Shown here: positions 21,501-32,541 of the stretch, piece after piece
Numbering within the stretch: position 1 is the first letter of the stretch
Layout of the letters: the number at the start of each line of letters is the position of its first letter
DNA from: a virus
Virus record (IMG/VR): IMGVR_UViG_3300028840_005764
Span: 32,001 to 96,000 of that record
Length of the DNA: 64,000 nucleotides
Strand: one strand, 5' to 3'
Position numbers and translations under genes: made by a program
The notes under the pieces: generated by a model
Database searches by the model: none
The model's input: the letters and a program-made list of their open reading frames with translations, nothing else
Told to the model about the DNA's origin: nothing

Positions 21501-23077
21501 TGTCAACAAGAAGTTATTCTGCCAATAGTGTTAATGCTACAAGAACAATTTGCGAATTTACCGTACCACGCATTATTCAAGGTGCTGCGTCACCAGAAGA
21601 ATGCAAGCTGCGTATTGTGTCTACAGACGAATCTGGTGTTGGGAATGAAGACGGTAGCTATGACCTTCAACATTATGTGGGTGGTACAACTTGGACGTCA
21701 TTGGATACTTTGAACAACATAGACCCAAAAGGTGGGGCCACAGGTGTGTTCTGGGACATCATGGTCTTTCTTGTGCCGTCCATGATGACATCGGATTCGT
21801 ATCCACACGTGTCGGCCTACGCGCGCCTCTCAGGGTCAGCGGAGTGGTCCGTCATTGCTGAGGACGAGACAGTCAGTACATATACGGTGGCTAGTATCGT
21901 GGCTGATGTCAGAGCTGGTTCGATAGGTGGTTCTGGAGCCATCAATCAACAAGAAATCAAATTTCTTGGTTATACAGATACATGTTTTGTTGATCCAGCT
22001 ATTAATCCTGTTCGTGGTGAAAGTCTTTTTAGTGGTGAGCGGGTAAAGGCCACACATGGAATCGTGTATACGGTTGGCGGAGGTTTCAGTAGCAAAGGAG
22101 ATGAGTGGCATATCACAGATTTAGAAAGAAGTGATTATCCTGCGTCTAATGTCTTCGATCGTAAATCTGTTTTATGGGAAAGTGACGGTGACAATACTGA
22201 TAAAGAAGTAATAATAGACGCAGACCATGATGTTGAATTTAATTCGATTGTATTAACAGGTGTTAACACAAGATATATAGCTGTTCAGTCAAATGATACT
22301 GATAATTTTACAACACCCAATTTCTCTGTTGAAATTGATCTAGCAAAATATACTGATGTACCCATTGATAAAATAGTTAATCAAGATGATATGGTACGGT
22401 TGTATACTGTTGGCACTGGATTCCGTAGAGATGAGCTCCGAGACCAGCTGTTCATTACAGAAAATTCCAGTCACGGTTGTTTCCGTATCCGTGCAAATAG
22501 TGGCCGTTATTTATTTTATGAGACTGATACGGCAGCTTCTATACCAGTTGGAAATTGGTATATACATATACTTTCAGACAGTGTCGCTCTTAAACTTGTG
22601 AAGAGACATAAGGATAGATATTTCAGAATCATTTGCCGAAAGAGTGGTTACACATACCCAACACCAGAGGGCTATTTCAAGATTGGTCAATTTTCAGTTG
22701 GTATGTTTGACGACTTACAAGAGAATCCAGAACGCAATCGTGACGTTACATATCAAAATCACACGAAAACAGTCAAATCTCTTGGTGGATCGACAAGAAT
22801 GTTGCGCCAAGGACCTGTATCTAGAAATAGAAGAGTTTTGTTTTCTGCCATCAGTACAAATAAACGTGCTTTTGCCGAACAATTACGTAGAATTGTTGAA
22901 CATTGTGATGGCAGGTACCCTTTATTTTTCGTTGATGATATAGAAGAATATCAATTAACGTCATATGGCACATACTCTTTAAATGTTTTCCCATGTTACA
23001 TAGATAAAGATATAAGCATGCCACAGAATCCAGGGAATATAACTAATATAACATTACAGCTTAAGGAAGATATATAA
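18569..23077 (+). CDS. Tail-tip/distal-tail-like protein with BNR repeats (paralogue of upstream gene)
   Basis: TKNHGQTW and YSNDLGKSW Asp-boxes; C-terminal region shared with 14823..18572. Confidence 0.6.
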   Translation: MMVQTGFLHNRALHKLAAIHSEDTAEYKYAVESTSNINPAEENAAEFSIIDFDPTQDLEVHSTSPNTYYGMRVRNINGGPLIDKHSNYRYPVDVPDFALGTARFALVDYVNDCIDNKAKDEYWSFYNHSVISSLSSDRVKHSGHSDGEVLMCSFYKYAGNFYEIYVSVYNESTETWGAYILIDTIPRFLISAINIDCSPTFLTVPNLGTLLLYYSISQDAYGSLDYSAQNVTMAITKNHGQTWEKFGSFTLDPYHGKVVPSDVLLEWGCTVLKAIYHNNKIILGTMLQGTDSPGAPADDELRSQRILNIVYSNDLGKSWTTVPFEFVSASTLGGIPATSYNYGDSNNSGPANFGLGVEPQSDKVVVVLRSTGDEEIIENTEKIFFFYNIDDDLGQWGASTVGSRNYRLIDDFSENSLETRASGSLIAVTKSNLNDGDYFILNDGVNIATEFYFDVSGTYTPPSGVEIDISATATAQDVSDTIVSVVNGVGTLDITAINYGGTSTRVLFIADNYGSAANNKIIEYTNSTLNVDGMSGGITYPVLKYLIEDIDIGSTVTDTPSNWHVSGGYLVQDSYINDPSRAGGAGGTQLIYREHDDPTLNRTVGLHVDVKYFFDVFHTVGSGVFGLGFCRQDEDSYYTVEIDTTNIAYGICDMNIYLINGAIGTRTAISSSAQIPFNYISGDGAIDVIFEGDDTIRVFFNGDLICTATDNILRTGRIFLFCNGMAPIRFDNWGLLTNIERKNVIGTGADDGFSNIFPMVGSNIELVVDQYNQAWIAADIKSTHWGSTQFNSFGVAFNKFVLERDVERVEGKFLAKDTYSVKFHNSKYFNDDCGYYFSPHEFGLYPTHYDTTPTTRVFMEAFLWHKEEPVFYIRSGTDSSGTEELFLVQRAIYSTRTISPNFGSVYSAVPWTSDPEYSGWYLNGTYTDVDGWFIRTQQSTGWIEQSYVFDTDTFSTDGNRAMPVRYWDFYHRGFVFLMSTRSYSANSVNATRTICEFTVPRIIQGAASPEECKLRIVSTDESGVGNEDGSYDLQHYVGGTTWTSLDTLNNIDPKGGATGVFWDIMVFLVPSMMTSDSYPHVSAYARLSGSAEWSVIAEDETVSTYTVASIVADVRAGSIGGSGAINQQEIKFLGYTDTCFVDPAINPVRGESLFSGERVKATHGIVYTVGGGFSSKGDEWHITDLERSDYPASNVFDRKSVLWESDGDNTDKEVIIDADHDVEFNSIVLTGVNTRYIAVQSNDTDNFTTPNFSVEIDLAKYTDVPIDKIVNQDDMVRLYTVGTGFRRDELRDQLFITENSSHGCFRIRANSGRYLFYETDTAASIPVGNWYIHILSDSVALKLVKRHKDRYFRIICRKSGYTYPTPEGYFKIGQFSVGMFDDLQENPERNRDVTYQNHTKTVKSLGGSTRMLRQGPVSRNRRVLFSAISTNKRAFAEQLRRIVEHCDGRYPLFFVDDIEEYQLTSYGTYSLNVFPCYIDKDISMPQNPGNITNITLQLKEDI

Positions 23078-25788
23078 TGGAAGATTATAAAAACACAAGA
23101 ATATTACTAGACATAGATCTGATAGATAGGCACTATCGGTATTCAGATGTTGATGGCCCTGCGCACAAATACTCAACTTCTTCAAATGGTAATGTTATAG
23201 TAGAAGATGATATAATTTTATATAAAGGTTTAATAATGAATTCAGGTGATATAAAAAATTCATTCAATGTGACAACAAACAAACCATCTGTTGGCAACGT
23301 ATCGGTGTCTATATTTAATGAAGATAATTTACATCTAGGCAATCACCCTGTAGCAATAGAATCAGGGAATGCTTCTATAAAAATTATTAATAATGATGAT
23401 TATGAAGATATAATAAATTCATTTAGTGGAAAAATTGATTCGGTACAATGGGACAGAGAAATAATAAAATTTCAAATCAGAAGTGAAGAGATAACAATAT
23501 ATAGAAATGTTCCAGATATTGTCTTTGATGAGAAAACATTTCAAGACACACGCGTCATTGTAGATCCAAAATTTGTAGTTTCTGAAGGAATAATTATGCG
23601 GTTTGGCGAAACAGCTACACCAATATGGGGGTATGAGGATGATGACAGAATAGAAGTTCGATATGCCAAACGTATCACGCATCCAGAGCTCAAGGCGCCA
23701 GATGACTACTGGAAAGGCGCACGCATTGACTGTGTTGATGCTAGTGGTACGATAGCCGATCCAGAGAGCAGCAATTTTGCTATAGGCGAGTTTGCAGTAG
23801 CTATTCGCTCGGCAGATGATTATATTGTATTGCCAACAGTTTTAGATCGTTATTATATGTACACTTTTATTGATAAAAATCTACGCGAACATGGAAACGA
23901 CGCGACTGGCGGAAACGCTCCATCCGCGCCATATGAAATGCATAGTGTTTTAAATAATACAATGTCCAATGCCTGGAAAGCAGATACGGTATTGATAAAA
24001 AATGGTGGTTTTGATGTTGATGCGGAATGGACTAAGGGCGTAGGTTGGTCCATAGGCAGTGGTGTGGCAACCTGTACACCAACAGTTGGTTCTACTGATT
24101 TAGCATATAATGATACAACTATGTTTGAAGAAGGAGCTATATATATAGTTGAATTTGATTTGCTTAGTTTTACACAAGGCCGTATATCAGTACATATCAA
24201 TGGTGTTCCAGTTGGTGCCGACTTTTCTACTACAATCAGATATCTGGCTCCGGGCATTAGCGGCAGATACAAGATGCGAATCAAGGCTGGAGCCCAGACC
24301 GGTGGCGCTACAGACGGCTTGCGCTTCTACACGGGGCCGTGGGGTGGTTTCGAATTCGGTGGTTCGATTGATAACGTGACGGTCAACAAAACCGACACCG
24401 CCAAGTTCTTGATCACCAGGAAACCTGTGCCTGAGAATGCCGACAGCGTTGGTAAGCCGTTCCCCATTGTCTACGGCCACGTAGAGAAGATGTACGCGGT
24501 CTGGGCCATTAGCGCTAAGAGCACGCGTCAGAACTCGTTGTCGGCTGGTGACGACCTGTATGTGATTGCTGGGCACAAAATCTACGATCGCAGTCCCACG
24601 GAGGTCAGAGTCTATTTTGGACTTGATGAGAACGCGCAGGGCATGAACTACAAGCACGGGTCGTTGGACTACGTACCAAACCCATTACCACGTAGCATCT
24701 CTGAGATTGATCCGTGGCACGAAGGCAACCTGACAGGCGATACGCAGCCAACAGTTACTAGCAAGTATGACTTGCGCTCAGGAGACCCGTCAAAAGACGT
24801 ATGTCCGTTCCACAAGCTCGTGGAGGTCACGACCAACTACGGCGATGTGGTGACAGCTATCAAGCTGCGTGGAGACGAGTACACAGGTTGGTTTGATGGC
24901 AACGAACTACCGCCAGTTGAGGTTGGAGACGGCGACCTGCCAGGAATAAATGGCCAACCTCAGTTCCCAATACGTTATGGGCTTGGTAATAGTAAGATAT
25001 ATGTCTCGTTTCGAGGCATGGAAGATACCACAGGTGTTATTACTGGTATCCCAAATTCTCTCATTGAGCACCCAGTAGACATCATCAAACATTTTCTCTT
25101 GCATTATACGAATATCAACAATGACAGATCAAAGATCAACGATCAGACTTTCGCTGATGCCAAAGCCAGACTAGAGAATTGGCGTTTCGGCGCGGCGATC
25201 ACAGATATAGCAGATGGCAAGAAAATTCTTGAGCGTTTGACAGGTCAGTGCAAAGCCAACTGGCAGTGGAAGAACGGTGTATTTAATATTAGCGTATTAG
25301 ACTTAGAAAATCGTGATCCTGTATTTTTTATTAATGAACGCGAACACTTTGTTGGGAAACAGAGTTGGTCAAGACCTAAGCTTTCTGGAATGTATAATGA
25401 CTTTATAATGAAATATGGTTTCAATTCTATAAAGAATGAGTATGACCGTGTTGTAGTACGGAATAAATCAAATGATCAGCTATGCCGCAATATGTATTCA
25501 GAGTATGGTGTAATAAGATCACTTAAAGAGATACTTTGTCCTGACATATTTGATTCCTTCACGGCAAATAAATTGATGGATCACTATGTATTACTGTATG
25601 CAATCCAAAGGCATACGTTTACGACCAATCTTCGGTATTCAGAAGATACCAGGGAAATTCAACCAGGCTCAGTAGTTAGTATTACTTTTGTTGACGTTGA
25701 TGACGTGGAAACGACTGAAACGTATTTGGCTACTTCAATTAGTATGAAGAGAGATTCCTTCAAAGCTTCGTTTTTAGAATTACCATAA
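23077..25788 (+). CDS. Baseplate hub/central tail-tip protein with carbohydrate-binding-like insertion
   Basis: GKPFPIVYG and LIEHPVDII motifs common in hub/tip proteins; NGGFD...W insertion; last gene of tail operon. Confidence 0.6.
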   Translation: MEDYKNTRILLDIDLIDRHYRYSDVDGPAHKYSTSSNGNVIVEDDIILYKGLIMNSGDIKNSFNVTTNKPSVGNVSVSIFNEDNLHLGNHPVAIESGNASIKIINNDDYEDIINSFSGKIDSVQWDREIIKFQIRSEEITIYRNVPDIVFDEKTFQDTRVIVDPKFVVSEGIIMRFGETATPIWGYEDDDRIEVRYAKRITHPELKAPDDYWKGARIDCVDASGTIADPESSNFAIGEFAVAIRSADDYIVLPTVLDRYYMYTFIDKNLREHGNDATGGNAPSAPYEMHSVLNNTMSNAWKADTVLIKNGGFDVDAEWTKGVGWSIGSGVATCTPTVGSTDLAYNDTTMFEEGAIYIVEFDLLSFTQGRISVHINGVPVGADFSTTIRYLAPGISGRYKMRIKAGAQTGGATDGLRFYTGPWGGFEFGGSIDNVTVNKTDTAKFLITRKPVPENADSVGKPFPIVYGHVEKMYAVWAISAKSTRQNSLSAGDDLYVIAGHKIYDRSPTEVRVYFGLDENAQGMNYKHGSLDYVPNPLPRSISEIDPWHEGNLTGDTQPTVTSKYDLRSGDPSKDVCPFHKLVEVTTNYGDVVTAIKLRGDEYTGWFDGNELPPVEVGDGDLPGINGQPQFPIRYGLGNSKIYVSFRGMEDTTGVITGIPNSLIEHPVDIIKHFLLHYTNINNDRSKINDQTFADAKARLENWRFGAAITDIADGKKILERLTGQCKANWQWKNGVFNISVLDLENRDPVFFINEREHFVGKQSWSRPKLSGMYNDFIMKYGFNSIKNEYDRVVVRNKSNDQLCRNMYSEYGVIRSLKEILCPDIFDSFTANKLMDHYVLLYAIQRHTFTTNLRYSEDTREIQPGSVVSITFVDVDDVETTETYLATSISMKRDSFKASFLELP

Positions 25789-26450
25789 TTGGCATTAGCT
25801 GTCATGCAGCTAGCACTTTTTCTTCTAGCAGGGAAATAAGCTATTATTATACTGTATTATTATGAGACAGAAGTGGTGGTTTCCAGCACAGATCACCTAA
25901 AATTGTATCAAAATGATACAAAAACTGTATGGCACGAACTTTTCAAATTTTTTTTTCGATTTTCTCGCAATTTTTTTTCTTGTGTAACTGGATGCAATCA
26001 TTACGAAAGTGAAAAAATTTTTGTTTACAGTTGACACAGAAATATTTTTCCCCCTTAAGAACCCCCGACACTCGCGGTTACCGCGTTCATCAGTTGCAAG
26101 AAAGCCGCAAACCGTCAACCACCCAACAGCTCAAAGCGATCACATTGGGGCATCGCCCCTTTTACTCGATGACGAGGGCGAAGCCCGAGGAATCGAGTAG
26201 GTGACGTACGTTACTCAGTCATCCACTTCTCGTACATCTCGTTCAATGAACCAGAATCCAGGGGTGATCGTCGTCAACGTTAATGGCGTACTGCGCCTAG
26301 GCCAACCCCATGACAGCCAGGCCATTCTCCCTTCTGTCGAAGGGAGAGAATGACCCACCTGTCTTTCTTAAGAAAAAAATCTTTCTTGGCCGCGGATTTT
26401 TGTGTCGAATTTTTCACCAATTTTTATACGTTTTGCGGTAGATATGCGTC
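25789..26450. other. ~660-bp non-coding interval with T-tracts and hairpins (candidate origin/regulatory region)
   Basis: No convincing ORF; A/T tracts 25940-26050; TTGACA near 26030; hairpins near 26164-26199 and 26323-26352; lies just before the replication genes. Confidence 0.45.
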
Positions 26451-27950
26451 ATGAGCAAACGTTTCACTATCTATGTGTCGCCATCAGAATGTTCGATCGA
26501 GCCACAACTTCCCATTCGTGTCGTGCGTGCCATCAATAAAGTCACGTCGTTTGAGTTGCCAGGAGCTTGGGTTTCTGGTTTTGGACCGCGAAGGAGATAC
26601 TTGTTTTCGCAGGCTAAGCAGAAATTTCCGGTCGGGCTTCTGAAACGCGTGCGTAGAACAATAAAGAAAAATGGGTATAGAACTAAGACAATTGATTATA
26701 GAGATGAAGTAGATGTTGATGAAGATCAATTATCAGATGTGATTGATAGCCTTGATAGAATACCGAGATGGTATCAAGTAGAAGGTATTGTATCAGGTAT
26801 CAAATATCCATATGGATTATTTTGGTGGCCAACTGGTTCAGGAAAAACCACGCTTTTTAGTGTGTTGTTATTATGCTATGACATCCCCTCCCTTATCCTA
26901 ACTCACAGGCGTGAGTTGCTATACCAATTGAAGTCTCAGATTTCCGCCATTACAGACCATGAAGTTGGAATCATTGGTGACGGAAAATGGAAACCCAAAA
27001 AGTGGACTGTTGGTATCGTAAATAGTTTTATAAATAAAGGCTCGATACGAGACACACGTGTTAAAGAATATTTGAACACTGTTGAGTATTTGATTATAGA
27101 TGAGTGTCATCATTTGGGCGCAAGTACATGGATCAATATAGCCAGAGGATGTAGAAATACCAAAGCTCGTCATGGTTTCTCTGGGACATGTTTCAGAACA
27201 GACAATGCAGACCTCTTACTTCTGGCACATACCGGAGATGTGATTAGTAAATTCACTACAAGTTATATGATAGACAATGGTTGGTTGTCTAGGCCGCATA
27301 TATACTCAGATGAAATAAATTACAAAGGGGAGACTGGTTCTGGTAGTAGTTGGCACACAGTACAGAAAGAACTCATTGTCGATAATCTGATAAGAAATCT
27401 GAAAGGTTGTAAGTTTATATACGATAATTATTGTAAGAATTTACAAGTATTGGTTATGGTAAATCGTATTGCACACGGTCATGTGCTTCGTTCAATGCTG
27501 CAGGGCGAATATGGTGTTGAAGGTCGCGATATTAGATTCATGACTGGCAGCGAGGCGTGGAATGTCAGAGAAAAGGCGCTTGAGGATTATCGTTCTGGGG
27601 TATATCCAATATTGATAGGGACTTCGATTTATGACGAGGGTATTGATTTACCAACCGTTGGCGCGGCGGCGAATATGGCTGGTGGTGATAGTGATATCAA
27701 AACCACACAGCGTCTTGGCCGCGCGATACGCAAGGTACCTACCCCTGGCGAGGCTGATGTAGATCCTGATACGGAACAAACAGTCAACTACTACGATCCT
27801 TTTGATAAGGGTCACGCATTTGTCAGAAAACACAGCAAACACAGACACGCAGTATATGAAAATGAAAAAGCCTTTGTTAAGTGTGGTGCATGGGGAGAAT
27901 CAATTGATAAAAAGACATCCAAGACCAAAGCTTCCAAAAAAAGATGTTGA
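26451..27950 (+). CDS. SF2 DEAD/DEAH helicase (UvsW-like)
   Basis: PTGSGKT Walker A, DECH, EGIDLP and QRLGRAIR motifs. Confidence 0.9.
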   Translation: MSKRFTIYVSPSECSIEPQLPIRVVRAINKVTSFELPGAWVSGFGPRRRYLFSQAKQKFPVGLLKRVRRTIKKNGYRTKTIDYRDEVDVDEDQLSDVIDSLDRIPRWYQVEGIVSGIKYPYGLFWWPTGSGKTTLFSVLLLCYDIPSLILTHRRELLYQLKSQISAITDHEVGIIGDGKWKPKKWTVGIVNSFINKGSIRDTRVKEYLNTVEYLIIDECHHLGASTWINIARGCRNTKARHGFSGTCFRTDNADLLLLAHTGDVISKFTTSYMIDNGWLSRPHIYSDEINYKGETGSGSSWHTVQKELIVDNLIRNLKGCKFIYDNYCKNLQVLVMVNRIAHGHVLRSMLQGEYGVEGRDIRFMTGSEAWNVREKALEDYRSGVYPILIGTSIYDEGIDLPTVGAAANMAGGDSDIKTTQRLGRAIRKVPTPGEADVDPDTEQTVNYYDPFDKGHAFVRKHSKHRHAVYENEKAFVKCGAWGESIDKKTSKTKASKKRC

Positions 27951-28443
27951 AGAAGCGACAACAGGTAGTGTTGTTGATTTTTCAAAGATCAGACAAGCAT
28001 CTAAAAATCGCAAAAAACAAAAGTTATCAGAGGCACGAAATGCTAAGGTAATAATGTCTCAATTGAAGAAAATGTTTCAAGAATTACATGAAGAAATATT
28101 TGGTACACAGTTTCCATTCAAAGGAAAAACTCATTTTGTTACTGTGCGAACTAAAGGGAAGTTGATCAGGAGACGTTATCGTTCTGATAGCTCTGTGTTA
28201 TATGAGATATATAAATATAATAAGGCTATCTACGGTATAGATTTAGATGATTTTAAAAGATTTCTATTATATGTGTTTAATACAATTGAAAATACTACTA
28301 TCAAAAATGTAAGGCAAGTTATGTCAGTGTTGTCTGATGAATCTGATAAATATTTCATAGAAAAATACAAACGCCAAATAGGCAAAAGAAAACTAAAGAA
28401 ACAAATGAGAAGAGTTGAAGAGGATGCAAAGTTTTTTGAGTGA
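27904..28443 (+). CDS. Basic hypothetical protein, possible replication initiator/DNA-binding protein
   Basis: GGAG RBS before TTG 27904; located just before helicase loader and helicase. Confidence 0.5.
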   Translation: MIKRHPRPKLPKKDVEEATTGSVVDFSKIRQASKNRKKQKLSEARNAKVIMSQLKKMFQELHEEIFGTQFPFKGKTHFVTVRTKGKLIRRRYRSDSSVLYEIYKYNKAIYGIDLDDFKRFLLYVFNTIENTTIKNVRQVMSVLSDESDKYFIEKYKRQIGKRKLKKQMRRVEEDAKFFE

Positions 28444-29266
28444 AGATAAGGATGAATGTAGGGTTTCACTGGTATCGCAACAAGCAGCGAAACTCAAAAC
28501 AGAACTCATCGGTAGTTGCCAACGATGTGATGGAAGAGGACGTATATTAACTCCATATTTTTCTGAACAAACTCTATCGTTGAGAACATTTCCTTGTAAA
28601 TGTTATAGAAGATTTATTTATTTATTCGATATGATGGTTTCAGGAGTATCTTATGAAATGGCGCGTGAAATAATAGATATAAAATGGGAAGACACAGAAG
28701 TTGTGGAATTAGATATATTCGCTGGCAAAGAATATCCACGTGGTAAAACACAATTGTATGCAGATAACTTATCTCCGTACATGAAGAACATGGAAAAGGT
28801 TATTGATAGAGGATACAGTTTTCTATTTATAGGTGTCAACAATACTGGAAAAACTTTTGCGTCAATGAAAGTATTACATCATTTCCTTAAATATAAGCAT
28901 AGCGGACATTTTATAAAGTTTCGCAAATTGATGAAGCTTATTAATGATTCATTTCAAAGCGATAAAAAAGGTAGATTTTCCAGAGATTTATTGAATGAGA
29001 TTGCTAATGTCGATTTATTAATTATAGATGAGTTTGGTAAGGAGACAGGCAAAAGAGAACATATCGCAGCAGAGGCTGAAGAGTTGCTTAAAGATCGTGA
29101 TATGGCTAGAAAGCCCACTATTGTGATAACGAATAATACTTATAAAGAATTGCAAGAACTTTATACAATGAATATTGTAGGTGCATTCATAAGAAATTAT
29201 AGAGCATTATTATTTAATCCCAAAAAGAATTTTAGAAAGCTCGCCAGAGAAGATTGGTATAAATAA
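28424..29266 (+). CDS. DnaC/IstB-like helicase loader ATPase
   Basis: CxxC...CxC N-terminus, GVNNTGKT Walker A, LLIIDEFG Walker B, PTIVITN. Confidence 0.85.
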   Translation: MQSFLSEDKDECRVSLVSQQAAKLKTELIGSCQRCDGRGRILTPYFSEQTLSLRTFPCKCYRRFIYLFDMMVSGVSYEMAREIIDIKWEDTEVVELDIFAGKEYPRGKTQLYADNLSPYMKNMEKVIDRGYSFLFIGVNNTGKTFASMKVLHHFLKYKHSGHFIKFRKLMKLINDSFQSDKKGRFSRDLLNEIANVDLLIIDEFGKETGKREHIAAEAEELLKDRDMARKPTIVITNNTYKELQELYTMNIVGAFIRNYRALLFNPKKNFRKLAREDWYK

Positions 29267-30591
29267 TGGCTGAACCCACTATTGAACGAGACATAGTTCT
29301 TGGTGCCCTGCACGATGAAAATTTTATGCCAGTTCTCCTCGATTCAAATGTGAGAGGAGATCATTTTGATAAATCTGTATTCGGTTGGATCATTGATAAA
29401 TGCGTGGATTTTTGGCTGAGCGATAAGTATGGTCGTACAAAAATCAACAAAACAGCATTAAAGAACTATGTTGAAAGGGATAGCGAATTAGATGAAGCAA
29501 AAGCGAAAAAATATTTACGTGTTATAAAAAAACTATACAAAACAGATCCTGAAAATGCGAGGTATTCGTTAGCTGAGTTACAAAAATTCTCGAGATATAA
29601 AGACTTTCTAGGGACTATGGAAAAGACTGTTGACAAAATTGAGAAAAATACAGATGTAGATGAGGCAATTGATTTCGTTCATAAGCAAATTCTAGAAATT
29701 GAAATGTCTAAACAGAAGGAGTGGGAGTCTAGAGATCTACTTATAGGTTTTGAAGAGAGACAAGAGTTTAGAAAACAACGTAAGTTACATCCGGAGAAAT
29801 TTAAAGTTTTTCGTTTTGGTATAAAAGGAGTTGATATACGAATTGCTAGGGGAATAATACCTGGATGGTTGGTTGCCATTGCAGCTAAAACCGGTATCGG
29901 CAAATCAATTTTCTGTATTCATGTTGGTTTATTTGGGTTATATCAGAAATTTAATGTTACACATATTATTACAGAGAATGAATTTGATCAGATTGAAGGT
30001 AGATATGATAGCCGCATTACGATGGTACCTTATCTTCTGTTACAGGGTTATGATTATGGTGGAAGACACGCACCATTGTTGTCTCAGGCAAGTCGCAATT
30101 TTGATATGTTGAGAGATATTGTTAATACAAATTTGAAAACTGTTAAATGTATACCTAATAAAACTAATATTTTAACAATATATAATATCCTTGAATATCT
30201 TGAAAGACGGGAAGGACACAAAACAGATTTGCTTATCATTGATTCGCCAGAACTGATGACATCAGTTGCAACTTTTAAGGAATATCGTCTGCAGAAAGCA
30301 GCTGTTTATTGGGAATTGAAATCACTGTTACTGGAGAAGAATATCATTGGTTTTGTTACATCACAACTTCGTTCCTCAACAGATGACTCTATGCCCACGG
30401 CAGAGGATATGAGTGAGGCTTATGATAAAGCGCGGTTACTAGATTATATGTTGGTATTGAGTAGAACTCAAAGGCATATCATTGAAGGAACTGCAGCTTT
30501 AACAATTGTCAAATCAAGAGATAGCGACAATGACGGCAGACCAATAGAACTCAATCCAGATTATAGTTGTATGATGATGGACGTTTCTTAA
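29266..30591 (+). CDS. DnaB-like replicative helicase
   Basis: AAKTGIGKS, ITENE, LLIID, TSQL, IVKSR motifs. Confidence 0.85.
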   Translation: MAEPTIERDIVLGALHDENFMPVLLDSNVRGDHFDKSVFGWIIDKCVDFWLSDKYGRTKINKTALKNYVERDSELDEAKAKKYLRVIKKLYKTDPENARYSLAELQKFSRYKDFLGTMEKTVDKIEKNTDVDEAIDFVHKQILEIEMSKQKEWESRDLLIGFEERQEFRKQRKLHPEKFKVFRFGIKGVDIRIARGIIPGWLVAIAAKTGIGKSIFCIHVGLFGLYQKFNVTHIITENEFDQIEGRYDSRITMVPYLLLQGYDYGGRHAPLLSQASRNFDMLRDIVNTNLKTVKCIPNKTNILTIYNILEYLERREGHKTDLLIIDSPELMTSVATFKEYRLQKAAVYWELKSLLLEKNIIGFVTSQLRSSTDDSMPTAEDMSEAYDKARLLDYMLVLSRTQRHIIEGTAALTIVKSRDSDNDGRPIELNPDYSCMMMDVS

Positions 30592-31661
30592 TGTATGTTG
30601 AGAAAAAAGATTTTATTAAATGGATTATAAATGAATTGGGTGCAAAACCCTCATATAAAAAAGATGAATATATATGCAATTGTCCTTTTTGTGATAAAAA
30701 CGAAAATCATTACGACTTTACAATAAATACAGAAAAAATGGTGATGAATTGTTGGCGAGGTTTCGATCGCCGTTGTGAGTCTGGGCATAATGTTCTGACT
30801 CTGTTGTCATTTTACTATGATGTGTCGTTCGAACGGGCGAAAGAACTTGTTAAAGAAAAGTTTGAGACAGAAAATTCTTTGCTAAGACTGAAAAAAAAGC
30901 TGAAAAATTTGGACAACAGGAGGATATTACAGATCGACACACAGAAAATATTATGGGATATGCCACGTGGAGTAGAATCGATTGAAGAACCAGTGACTGA
31001 TGGTGGAAAAAAAGCTAAGAAATGGCTGTTGAAAACTAGAAAAATACCTTTGGAACTTATAACTGCAATTAAACCATATTATTTTGGGAAGAATGTAGAT
31101 AAAAGATGGAGAAAATATAATGACAGAGTTTTCTTTCCGGTTGTATCGAAAAGTAATAAAGCGTGGATTGCCTATAGTATGGATAAAAAATCAACTAAAA
31201 AAAGACCGAAGACAATGAATCCTCCTGGATCAATATTGAGTAATATGCTTTTTATGTACGACTTCTGTTTTGACTCTAAAATCATTGTTGTCTGTGAGGG
31301 AATTTTTGATGCGTTACGTATGTTCATGTTTGGCTATGCGGCAGTGGCCATTTTCGGTGTGAATATATCAGGTTCACAACTAGATCTTCTTAATGATCTG
31401 GATGCTGATGAGCTTGTTGTATGCCTTGATCCAGATGCCAATAAAGTGGTGGTGGATAGTAAAGGAAGAAAAAGTTCAAAATCCTTCAAATTAGCTAGAG
31501 AAGTAGAACAGTTTTTTCTTGGTGACGTCAGCATCATGAAGCTGAAAAGGGAGGATCCTGATCGCTCAAGTTTCAAGGAGATTAGGATTTGCTACGGAAA
31601 CCGCGAGAGACTAGGGCGCAGTACCAGGCGTTTGAAAGCTCTACGCACCATGAGAACATGA
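30591..31661 (+). CDS. DNA primase (zinc finger + TOPRIM)
   Basis: CPFC...C zinc-binding domain; VCEGIFDA and CLDPDA TOPRIM motifs. Confidence 0.85.
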   Translation: MYVEKKDFIKWIINELGAKPSYKKDEYICNCPFCDKNENHYDFTINTEKMVMNCWRGFDRRCESGHNVLTLLSFYYDVSFERAKELVKEKFETENSLLRLKKKLKNLDNRRILQIDTQKILWDMPRGVESIEEPVTDGGKKAKKWLLKTRKIPLELITAIKPYYFGKNVDKRWRKYNDRVFFPVVSKSNKAWIAYSMDKKSTKKRPKTMNPPGSILSNMLFMYDFCFDSKIIVVCEGIFDALRMFMFGYAAVAIFGVNISGSQLDLLNDLDADELVVCLDPDANKVVVDSKGRKSSKSFKLAREVEQFFLGDVSIMKLKREDPDRSSFKEIRICYGNRERLGRSTRRLKALRTMRT

Positions 31662-31671
31662 GGAGTGACAG

Positions 31672-32502
<831 letters not shown>

Positions 32503-32541
32503 CTTATTCGCATTTTTTGTCTCTTACTTTGGCGGTAAGCA

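Noticed and set aside
6612-23077. Diversity-generating retroelement acting on tail genes
   Set aside because: No reverse transcriptase in the window and no near-identical TR/VR pair seen; the repeats are diverged at protein level.
26009-26200. 63-aa ORF in the intergenic gap
   Set aside because: No RBS, overlaps promoter-like and hairpin sequence, and has no recognisable motif.
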